Shown: positions 30,657-38,310 of the stretch, in pieces
How the letters are laid out: each line of letters opens with the position of its first letter
Numbering within the stretch: the stretch's first letter is position 1
NCBI GenBank assembly: GCA_045863235.1
Contig: BTUM01000025.1
Location: forward strand, 1 to 64,000
Reading direction: 5' to 3'
DNA length: 64,000 nt
Origin: Candidatus Xenobia bacterium
Lineage (GTDB): Bacteria; Vulcanimicrobiota; Xenobia; Xenobiales; QWHO01
Position numbers and translations under genes: made by a program
Notes under the pieces: generated by a model
Told to the model about the DNA's origin: nothing
Database searches by the model: none
Seen by the model: only the letters and a program-made list of their open reading frames with translations

Positions 30657-31443
30657 CAAGCTTTCTTTCAGGACCCGGTAGTATCTTCGAGACGTGCAGC
30701 TTTCCGCTATGCCCGTGACGGCCGGGGATTTGCGTCAGGTGACTCGCGACCTTTGTGCCCAGAGCCCGACCGGAAGGCTGCAGTCGGCGAGCGATAGCAG
30801 CCAGCTTCAGCTCAAGGGGCGAAGCCCGGATTCTCATATGGTCAAGAAGCGACTCGACTCGATCGAGGACCTCGGCCCGCTCATCTTCCGGCCAGTTCCC
30901 CAGCCCTTCTAAAAACTCGCTGATCTCATCCTTCCAGACCAGGCAGAGCGATCTGCACTGCGTGGTCGCGAAATGCGAGGCGCAGAGCTCACCGCATCCG
31001 CACAGACACGGCCTGAGCTCCGTTCTTGCGACCCTGGCGGCCGCCTTCTTTCGACTGCGAGCCGCTTCCCTCTGCCGCCGACAGCGCGCCGAGAGGTGGC
31101 TTGCTCCCTCAACCAGGCGCCCGCACCCACACTTGCAGAGATGAGCCTGATTCGCGGGCCTGGCCCCGCAGCCATTCGGGCAGTCGAATCGGCGCTCCAC
31201 CCACTCCTCCTCCTCGATGACCACGAGATTGTGAGGCTGCAAGTCTCCGAGAGCGACTCCGCAGAGGGGGCACACGGCCTTGCGAAGAGAGCGCGCCCAC
31301 TTGCTGAGCACGACCGCGGCCGGATAGCGCAGGAAGGTGCCCTTCTCGGTGACGTGCCATTCCAGATGCGGATCGCTGGCGATGGGGTCCTTGATGGGAC
31401 CGGCCGGATTGTCGGGTCGGCGCGTCACGCTCTGGCTCTCCAA
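30271..31443 (-). CDS. Cys-rich hypothetical protein (putative Zn-binding); 3' end doubtful
   Basis: CPLC, CPNGC, CKCGCG, CLCGCG; the last third runs antisense into the propeller gene. Confidence 0.45.
   Translation of the reverse strand: MESQSVTRRPDNPAGPIKDPIASDPHLEWHVTEKGTFLRYPAAVVLSKWARSLRKAVCPLCGVALGDLQPHNLVVIEEEEWVERRFDCPNGCGARPANQAHLCKCGCGRLVEGASHLSARCRRQREAARSRKKAAARVARTELRPCLCGCGELCASHFATTQCRSLCLVWKDEISEFLEGLGNWPEDERAEVLDRVESLLDHMRIRASPLELKLAAIARRLQPSGRALGTKVASHLTQIPGRHGHSGKLHVSKILPGPERKLVRSADCQGISGAERSGPRSGVRGSSQGRGHRGSLATGPDHRAAAAEPGSSGCRGSHCWLQSRPAHVDPKPGCSARSWPLARSTASPRARARSPAPHCGRWPARPSHLRRFREAGALPLPPRPPTSCLA
30655..30687 (+). promoter_or_regulatory. Shared promoter GACAAG-N5-TTTCAG-N10-TATCTT
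   Basis: Same geometry; GTG of the 72-aa ORF 30694-30912 is 6 nt downstream. Confidence 0.55.
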
Positions 31444-31625
31444 AGCGATCGCTGGTCAAGGTTGAGCGGATGGCTCGCCGCCGCGGCGGAACCCAGAGAA
31501 AGGAGAAGCTTTCTCTCCTCTGACGACACCAGGAGAGTTTAGAGACAATTGCACCCGGATCCTTTTCGACCTTGGGGAAGCGGGCGGGCGGGCCTGAGAC
31601 TTCAGGTCTGCGTGCCGTGATCGAA

Positions 31626-31664
31626 GCCGGGGCTCCCCGCCCACTGGTTTCGGGGAGCCCCGGC
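31626..31664 (-). terminator. 14-bp perfect GC hairpin after the 97-aa gene
   Basis: GCCGGGGCTCCCCG (31626-39) pairs with CGGGGAGCCCCGGC (31651-64); the U tract is weak. Confidence 0.6.
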
Positions 31665-31708
31665 CCGGTCCGGATCGCACCCGGGCGTCGGAACGAGCCG
31701 GGAGTCGC

Positions 31709-32002
31709 TCAGTGGCAGCCTCCGTTGCGAATCTGGCGGGGTCCGTTGTCCTGGGGAGGCTTGTCGCCACCGGACTCGCCGTTGCGGCCGGGCGGGTTGC
31801 CCGTGGAGCCGGGGTTGGAAGGGCCCGAGCCCGGTCCGTAAGCCACGGGGCTGTCGTTGGGCTCGTAAGGGATGTAACGGTCGTTCGGATGAGGGGGATC
31901 TTCCTTGACAGGTCGGCCGGTCGAAGGGGTGACCGGGGGGGCGCAGTGGCTCGCTGACTGGAAACGAAGTGCGCCGGGGAGAGTCTGGCTCGGGTTGATC
32001 AT
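31709..32002 (-). CDS. 97-aa Pro/Gly/Asn-rich orphan protein
   Basis: Strong SD GAGGAGGT 7 nt before the ATG, AT-rich upstream region, downstream hairpin. Confidence 0.7.
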   Translation of the reverse strand: MINPSQTLPGALRFQSASHCAPPVTPSTGRPVKEDPPHPNDRYIPYEPNDSPVAYGPGSGPSNPGSTGNPPGRNGESGGDKPPQDNGPRQIRNGGCH

Positions 32003-32250
32003 CGTTGTTACCTCCTCAGTTTCTGTCTGCAGCTGCACGACCAGGGTAGCAGCCGAGCAGAGGTCTGAAGAGCGCATTTTGTTTCCAGGTTGTTTCGGTC
32101 GAGAACTTTGTGTAAATGGGTTTTTGTCCTGAAGGGAAAATCGGTGAAATATACAGACATTGTTTTGTGTTTGTAGATGCAGAAGCGAGGAACGGACCCA
32201 TTGGCGAAAGAACCCCGCCCTGTGAGCAATCTGACCTCCGACCTGCGAGC

Positions 32251-32970
32251 TTGAGGACCGACCTCGCCGAGGCCCGGCGCACTCTGCACAGAGCCCGGCG
32301 CATCGTGGTCTTGACCGGAGCCGGCGTCTCGGCCGAGAGCGGAGTGCCCACGTTTCGCGGGGAGGAAGGGCTCTGGAAGTCCTATCGCCCGGAAGAGCTG
32401 GCCAGCGCGGATGCTTTCGAGGCCAACCCCGAGCTGGTCTGGGAGTGGTATCTGTGGCGCCAGAGCGTCGTCGCGGGGTGCGAGCCCAACCCGGCCCACC
32501 GGGCCCTGGTCGAGCTCGAGCGGCGCTCGAGCAGCTTCACGCTGATCACCCAGAACATCGACGGTCTGCACCAGAAGGCTGGCAGCCTGAACGTGGAGGA
32601 GCTGCACGGCAACCTCTGGCGCGCCCGCTGCACGCGCGAGGGAAAGCCCCGTGACTTCTCCGGGCAGCTCAAGTGCGAGTGCGGAGCCTGGCTGCGACCG
32701 CACATCGTGTGGTTCGGCGAGGCGCTCGACTCCACCATGGTGGCGCTCTGCTTTCACGCCGCCGAGCGCAGCGAAGTGTTTCTGGTGGTTGGAACCTCGG
32801 GACTGGTCGCGCCCGCCAACAGGTTGCCGCGGACGGCCGCCGGCTATGGGGCCACGGTGATCGAGATTAACACCGAGCCCACGCCCCTGTCCCATGCAGC
32901 CGACTTCTTCCTGGCCGGGCCTGCGGGCGAGCTGCTCCCGAAACTGGTGGCCAAAGACCCGCCATCCTGA
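32251..32970 (+). CDS. cobB: NAD-dependent protein deacylase (sirtuin)
   Basis: TGAGVSAESGVPTFRG, PNPAH, TQNIDGLHQKAG, ELHG, RPHIVWFGE, GTSG; start approximate. Confidence 0.92.
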   Translation: MRTDLAEARRTLHRARRIVVLTGAGVSAESGVPTFRGEEGLWKSYRPEELASADAFEANPELVWEWYLWRQSVVAGCEPNPAHRALVELERRSSSFTLITQNIDGLHQKAGSLNVEELHGNLWRARCTREGKPRDFSGQLKCECGAWLRPHIVWFGEALDSTMVALCFHAAERSEVFLVVGTSGLVAPANRLPRTAAGYGATVIEINTEPTPLSHAADFFLAGPAGELLPKLVAKDPPS

Positions 32971-32996
32971 AGGGACTATAACGAGCCCACCAGCAG

Positions 32997-33563
32997 CTAC
33001 GAACTGGCTCGCCGCAGCATTTCGTGAAAGGTCGAAACCAGGGTCGAGTCATCCAGTGCCTGCTCGAACTCCCGCAGCCAGCGCTCAACATAGCCCTGGT
33101 CCAAATGGCCTCGCTGCCGGGCCACCACCGAGCTGGCGTCCTCGTGATCCCGGGCTCGTGTTGAGATGAGCTTGTAGACGACGAGGTCCTCGGCACTGCA
33201 GATCCGGGCTCTCTTTCCGGGTTGGACCTCGACTTCCACGGCTCTTGCGATGGCTTCCCGGTCGAAACCCAGGTCAGCGAGCAGAAAGTCCACGCGGGTG
33301 TTGTCCGAGTCTTTGGTAAAGATGAATCCAACGGACCGCAGCGTACTCAGCGGCTGGTCCACGAGCAGGGTGTAGCTCGAGGCCAGCAAGTTTAACAAGG
33401 TTTGAGCCTGGCTGCGATCCAGCAAGACCTTCAGATCCACGTCTTGCGTCGCTCGGGCCCGACCCCAGGCGGCTACAGCCAATCCGCCAACGGCTGCCGA
33501 GTCGATGCCTGCTCGACTCAGCTCACTCTGGGCTCGCAGCAGCGAGTCAAAGAGCCTCTCCAA
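32997..33563 (-). CDS. Nucleotidyltransferase-fold protein (putative toxin)
   Basis: VGGLAV...RATQDVDL, VDFL, EDLVVYKL..RARDHED. Confidence 0.75.
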   Translation of the reverse strand: MERLFDSLLRAQSELSRAGIDSAAVGGLAVAAWGRARATQDVDLKVLLDRSQAQTLLNLLASSYTLLVDQPLSTLRSVGFIFTKDSDNTRVDFLLADLGFDREAIARAVEVEVQPGKRARICSAEDLVVYKLISTRARDHEDASSVVARQRGHLDQGYVERWLREFEQALDDSTLVSTFHEMLRRASS

Positions 33564-33795
33564 GCCTCTCCTTACGCCAGTCCGCTGCTCTGCGCAGGCG
33601 CTCTTGCAGAATCGAGAGATGCTCGTAGTCCTCGGCGATCGCTTCGGCTTCCCACGAGCGCAGGTGCGGTGCGAACTCGCGGCACAGTTGCTCGAGCTGG
33701 GCCATGCTCTCGGCCTGCGACGTGCGGCGCAGCAGCTCGTTCTCGAGCCGCTCCATCTCCTCGTAGGTGCGTCGAAACTCCCGCGCGTCCATCAC
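33547..33795 (-). CDS. Small helical protein, putative partner/antitoxin
   Basis: 82 aa, charged; overlaps the start of the nucleotidyltransferase gene. Confidence 0.6.
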   Translation of the reverse strand: MMDAREFRRTYEEMERLENELLRRTSQAESMAQLEQLCREFAPHLRSWEAEAIAEDYEHLSILQERLRRAADWRKERLGEAL

Positions 33796-33916
33796 TGCTT
33801 TTCTCGTCGTCGAATGCCTGCGACCCGTCGTCGCGCCATTTCATTCGATTTCAAGCCGCCAGGGTGGGCTCCTGCAGTCTGGATTCGAGGCCACCGGAAT
33901 CCCACCCTGGTCACGT

Positions 33917-34358
33917 TCACAGCGTGAGCACCATCCCGACGAGCGTGCTGCCGATCCTGAAATACTGCACCGGCGTGATCCTTTCTTTGAGGACAAGGCG
34001 CGCAAAGGCGATGGTCACCACCGGAGAGGCGGCTGTCAGCGGGGCCACGACGGAGACTGGACCGTAGCGGGTGGCGACGATAACCGCGGCGTCGCCGCCG
34101 GCCATCATCGCCATGGGGAGGCTCGAGTGCCAGAGGATCCAGCCCAGCCCGTCCAGGACGTAGGCCATCAGAGAGCAGAGCAGAAAGGTTCGCCCGGGCT
34201 GCGCGAACGGGTCGGGATGCTGGTGGCTCAGGAAATACCCCGCTCCCACCGAGCGCGCGATGACGAAGAACAGGCAGAAGCGGGCGGGTGAGACCCTGCC
34301 CCAGGCCATAGAGCAGCAGGGCGGCCAGGGCGCTGGGAAGCCAGTCCCCGGGATTCAC
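33917..34358 (-). pseudogene. Degraded EamA/DMT transporter
   Basis: N-terminus (WLPSALAALLLYGLGQG) is out of frame with GPVSVVAPLTAASPVVT...LKERI; shorter than a full EamA. Confidence 0.65.
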
Positions 34359-34454
34359 GGTGGCCCGATCATGAGTCCGGGATCATACTGAGCACTACTC
34401 CCGGCGAGTCGTTCTCGAATGCTTCGGGTTCTCCCCTGAGCTCCCAACGAGTAG

Positions 34455-34496
34455 ATGACCTGGATCATCCCCCCGTTCTCCGTCCCCTGTTAGGAT
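34455..34496 (+). promoter_or_regulatory. Degenerate FNR/DNR box and -10, probably leaderless promoter
   Basis: ATGAC-CTGG-ATCAT at 34455-68; TAGGAT at 34491-96, same spacing as the site at 113; GTG at 34503. Confidence 0.6.
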
Positions 34497-34502
34497 GGCC
34501 GC

Positions 34503-35585
34503 GTGACAGTCCACAGGCGCTTTCTCAAGACCTCGCTCGTCTTCCTGACCCTGTTCGGCTCTCTGATCGGCGCCATGATGCTGGTGCAACTGGCCGGCTG
34601 GATGCCGGCCCGGGCCTTCCAGGCCCACCTGGTGGCCCACGCCTCCTTTCAGGTCTACGGGTTCATGCTGCTCTTCATCCAGGGCATCTCCCTGGCCATG
34701 CTTCGCACTCCTTGCTTCCCCCGGGCCCTGATTCCCCTGACCCTGGCGCTCACTACGCTGGGAGTGCTGCTCTCGGCCTTCGCCGAGCTGGGCGTGCCGG
34801 TCTGGGCCGGAAGAACCGCCCTGACTCTGGGCAGCCTGCCCCTGGTCTGGCTGTCCTGGCCCTACGGCCCCTATCTGGTGAGCGGTTCTCTGTGGCTGCT
34901 GGCGGGCATCCTCACCGGGCGCTACGACCTGGTGCTGTGGGGCTTTGCCACCCTCTTCGTGCTGGGGCTGGGGCAGCGCATGCACCCGGCCCTGCTCGGT
35001 CAGCCGGCCGTGCCTCGCTGGGCCCGCCCCACCATCGCCATCCTGTGGAACCTCGGCCTGCTGCTGGACCAGCCGGCGCTGTTGCTGCTGGCCGCCTCGC
35101 TGCAGTGCGCCGGGCTGAGGGTGTTCCGAGCCGCCCTCCGCCCCGGCCGGCTGGCCTGGGACCTGCGCAGCTACCTGCGCTTGAGCTACGCCTGGTTGAT
35201 GGTGGCCTGCCTGATGGCGGTCCTGCAGGCGCCCCCGAGCCTGACCCGGCACACCCTGGCCTCTGGCTTCCTCTTGACCATGATGGCCGGAATGGCTCTT
35301 CGCATCGTCCCCGCCCTTGAAAGGCGGGCCATCACCGCCCCCGGCAGGCCGGCCCTCATTCTGCTGGGCCTCCAGCTCGGAGCCATCCTTCGACTGGGAG
35401 CTCAGGCCGCCGGCCTGTCCCAGGTGATGGCTCTGGGAGGGCTGGTCCAGCTTCTGGCCGTTACCACGTTCGCAGTCGTCCTGTGGCAGACCATGCGCCC
35501 TCAACCCTTGACCTGGATCAATTTCCTACCTCAGGCCGGCTGTTACGCTGGTCCCACACAACGAAGGGAGCTCATATCCTCGTGA
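34503..35585 (+). CDS. Polytopic membrane protein, NnrS-like
   Basis: About 10-12 TM helices, His in HASFQVYGF and RHTLASGF, GMALRIVP; directly upstream of nosZ. Confidence 0.55.
   Translation: MTVHRRFLKTSLVFLTLFGSLIGAMMLVQLAGWMPARAFQAHLVAHASFQVYGFMLLFIQGISLAMLRTPCFPRALIPLTLALTTLGVLLSAFAELGVPVWAGRTALTLGSLPLVWLSWPYGPYLVSGSLWLLAGILTGRYDLVLWGFATLFVLGLGQRMHPALLGQPAVPRWARPTIAILWNLGLLLDQPALLLLAASLQCAGLRVFRAALRPGRLAWDLRSYLRLSYAWLMVACLMAVLQAPPSLTRHTLASGFLLTMMAGMALRIVPALERRAITAPGRPALILLGLQLGAILRLGAQAAGLSQVMALGGLVQLLAVTTFAVVLWQTMRPQPLTWINFLPQAGCYAGPTQRRELISS
35508..35549 (+). promoter_or_regulatory. FNR/DNR box and -10 for the nos operon
   Basis: TTGAC-CTGG-ATCAA at 35508-21; TACGCT at 35544-49 with extended TG; same spacing as the site at 113. 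Confidence 0.75.
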
Positions 35586-37591
35586 ATCGAATCTATCCAG
35601 CTCTAGCATTGATGTTGCTGGCTGCCGGCTGCTCCCAGGGCCCGAGTGCGACTCCAAGCCCTGGGGCGGGAGGCGGCCTCCCGGCCGAAGTGATGCAGGT
35701 GGCTCAGGAGCGGGGGCTCACCCCCGATGACCTGTACGCTGCCGCCAAGACGTTCATGCCGACCGGCAAACTCGACCCTTACTTCATCTTCAGCTCGGGG
35801 GGACATTCGGGCCAGGTGCACGTCATCGGCGTGCCCTCCATGCGACTCTTGAAAACCATCGCCGTCTTCGCCCCCGAGCCCTGGCAAGGCTACGGCTACG
35901 GTGGCGGGCCGTCCAGGGTGCTCAAAGAGGGCAACATGCCCTCGGGCAAGGAGTTGAGCTGGGGAGACACCCACCACCCCGGCCTGTCCGAGACCAAGGG
36001 CAGCTATGATGGCAAGTTCCTCTTCATCAACGACAAGGCCAATGCGCGCCTGGCGGTGATCGACCTGCGCGACTTCGAGACCAAGCAGATCGTTAAGAAC
36101 CCCAATGCCATCAGCGACCATGGGGGCTCGTTCGTGACCCCCAACACCGAGTACGTCATCGAGGGCCCCCAGTACGCCACCCCGGTGGGCTGGGAGTATG
36201 CCGACATCAAGGACTACAAGGACAAGTACCGCGGCCTGATGACCTTCTGGAAGTTCGACCCGATGAAGGGCCGGGTGATTCCCGAGGAGTCCTTCCAGAT
36301 GGAGCTGCCCCCCTACTGGCAGGACCTGGCTGACGCCGGCAAGGGCCCCAGCGACGGGCTGATCTTCTGCAACTCCTTCAACTCCGAGATGGCTACCGGC
36401 GGCGTCGAGTCGGGCAATCCCCCCTTCGAGGCCGGAGCGAGCAAGAACGACACCGACTTCTTGCACATCATCGACTGGAAGAAGGCCGAGCAGGTCGCCA
36501 AGGCCGGCAAGACCGAGACGGTCAACGGCATGCGCATCATCAAGCTGCCCACCGCCGTGGCCGAGAACCTGCTCTTCCTGACCCCCGAGCCCAAGAGCCC
36601 GCACGGGGTGGACGTCACTCCCAACGGCGAGTTCGCCGTGGTGGGCGGCAAGCTCGACCCCCACGTGACCATCTTCTCGGTGGACAAGATCCGCAAGCAG
36701 ATGGCGGCGGGAAGCGACCAGAAAGACCCGTTCGGCATCCCGATCCTGCCGCTTGACTCCACCAAAGAGGCCCAGGTCGAGCTGGGCCTGGGGCCGCTGC
36801 ACACGGTCTACGACGACAAAGGCTACGCCTACACGTCGATGTTCCTCGACTCGGCTGTAGCCCGCTGGACGCTGGGTGGCGAGTATGACAAGCTCAATCC
36901 CGAGCCCCCCTGGACCCTGGTCCAGAAGCTCCCGGTTCACTATAACATCGGCCACATCGCCTCGGTCGAGGGCGACACCGCCACCCCCGGCAACGGCTTC
37001 GTGGTGGCCCTCAACAAGTGGTCCACCGACCGCTTCGCCAACGTCGGACCGCTGCTGCCGCAGAACTTCCAGCTGGTGGACTCGTCCAAGACCGGCGAGA
37101 GCATGCGGCTGCTCTACGATATGCCCATCGGCTTTGCAGAGCCCCACTATGTGCAGGTGATCCGCGCCGACCGGCTCAAGCCTTTTGAGGTCTACCCCGA
37201 GGTGGGCTACAACCCCGAGACCAACCAGGTGGATCCCAAGGCCGTCACCAACCCCAAGCAGGCCGGCATCAAGCGAAACGGCAAGACCGTCGAGATCTCG
37301 ATGCCGCTCATTCGCAGCCACTACACCCCCGAGCACGTGCGCGTGAAACAGGGTGACAAGGTCATCTGGCACCTGACCAGCCTCGAGCGCACCCGCGACG
37401 CCACCCACGGCTTTGCGCTGGGGGGCTACAACATCAACCTGAGCCTGGAGCCGGGCGAGCACCAGACGGTGGAGTTCGTGGCCGACCAGCCGGGAGTCTT
37501 CCCCTTCTACTGCACCGAGTTCTGCTCGGCCCTGCACCTGGAGATGGTGGGCTACTTCTTCGTCGAGCCCGAGCCGGTGGCAGGCAAGTAG
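35582..37591 (+). CDS. nosZ: Clade II (Sec-dependent, lipoprotein) nitrous-oxide reductase
   Basis: Lipobox LAAGC, no Tat motif; SGGHSGQ, WGDTHHP, PHGVDV, LGPLHT, EPH; CuA motif HGF...CTEFCSALHLEM. Confidence 0.96.
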   Translation: MNRIYPALALMLLAAGCSQGPSATPSPGAGGGLPAEVMQVAQERGLTPDDLYAAAKTFMPTGKLDPYFIFSSGGHSGQVHVIGVPSMRLLKTIAVFAPEPWQGYGYGGGPSRVLKEGNMPSGKELSWGDTHHPGLSETKGSYDGKFLFINDKANARLAVIDLRDFETKQIVKNPNAISDHGGSFVTPNTEYVIEGPQYATPVGWEYADIKDYKDKYRGLMTFWKFDPMKGRVIPEESFQMELPPYWQDLADAGKGPSDGLIFCNSFNSEMATGGVESGNPPFEAGASKNDTDFLHIIDWKKAEQVAKAGKTETVNGMRIIKLPTAVAENLLFLTPEPKSPHGVDVTPNGEFAVVGGKLDPHVTIFSVDKIRKQMAAGSDQKDPFGIPILPLDSTKEAQVELGLGPLHTVYDDKGYAYTSMFLDSAVARWTLGGEYDKLNPEPPWTLVQKLPVHYNIGHIASVEGDTATPGNGFVVALNKWSTDRFANVGPLLPQNFQLVDSSKTGESMRLLYDMPIGFAEPHYVQVIRADRLKPFEVYPEVGYNPETNQVDPKAVTNPKQAGIKRNGKTVEISMPLIRSHYTPEHVRVKQGDKVIWHLTSLERTRDATHGFALGGYNINLSLEPGEHQTVEFVADQPGVFPFYCTEFCSALHLEMVGYFFVEPEPVAGK

Positions 37592-37641
37592 GAAGACCAC
37601 TCGGGGGGGGAATTTCTGACCCCGAATGTGAGGAAAACAAG

Positions 37642-38310
37642 ATGAGTCGCTGGCTCTCGATCGACCCCGACCTGAAGGTGGTGCTGCCCGATGGCACGCT
37701 GCGCCCCATGAGCGACTACGAGTGGCCCACGGTGGTGCTGATGCTGGCCAGCTTGCTGCTGACTATCTCCCTCTTCGTCCCCTACTGGAGTCTCACCATG
37801 AAGGCCCCTCAGTATCCGCAGGGTCTGAAGGCGACCCTCTTTATCAACCGCGTCGAAGGGGACGTTGAGGAGATCGATGGCCTGAACCACTACCTGGGCA
37901 TGCCGTCGCTCAACGAGGGGGGAAAGATCGAGCGCCAGATCTCGTTTCTGGCCGTGGTGGTGATGGCCAGCCTGGTGCTGGCGGCAGTGCTGGTGCACAA
38001 CCGCTGGGCGGCCGTGCTGGCCCTCCCCTCGATCATCTTCCCGATTCTCTTCCTGGCAGACCTGAAATACATCCTGTATACCTACGGCCACAGCATCGAT
38101 CCCCACTCGGCCCTGGGCCAGGCCATCAAGCCGTTCACCCCCCCCATCCTGGGCGAGGGCAAGATCGGCCAGTTCGTAACCCTGGCCGAGTGGGGACCTG
38201 GCCTGTACCTGACCATGGCTGCTTCGGTGCTGGTGATTTTCGGTCTCTACCTGCACCGCCGGGCCTACCGGGCGGTCTCGCAGGCGCGCAAGCGGGTGAA
38301 CGCAAAGTGA
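37642..38310 (+). CDS. nosB: Clade II nos membrane protein NosB
   Basis: APQYPQGL, DGLNHYLGM, YGHSIDP, PPILG; directly after nosZ. Confidence 0.85.
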   Translation: MSRWLSIDPDLKVVLPDGTLRPMSDYEWPTVVLMLASLLLTISLFVPYWSLTMKAPQYPQGLKATLFINRVEGDVEEIDGLNHYLGMPSLNEGGKIERQISFLAVVVMASLVLAAVLVHNRWAAVLALPSIIFPILFLADLKYILYTYGHSIDPHSALGQAIKPFTPPILGEGKIGQFVTLAEWGPGLYLTMAASVLVIFGLYLHRRAYRAVSQARKRVNAK

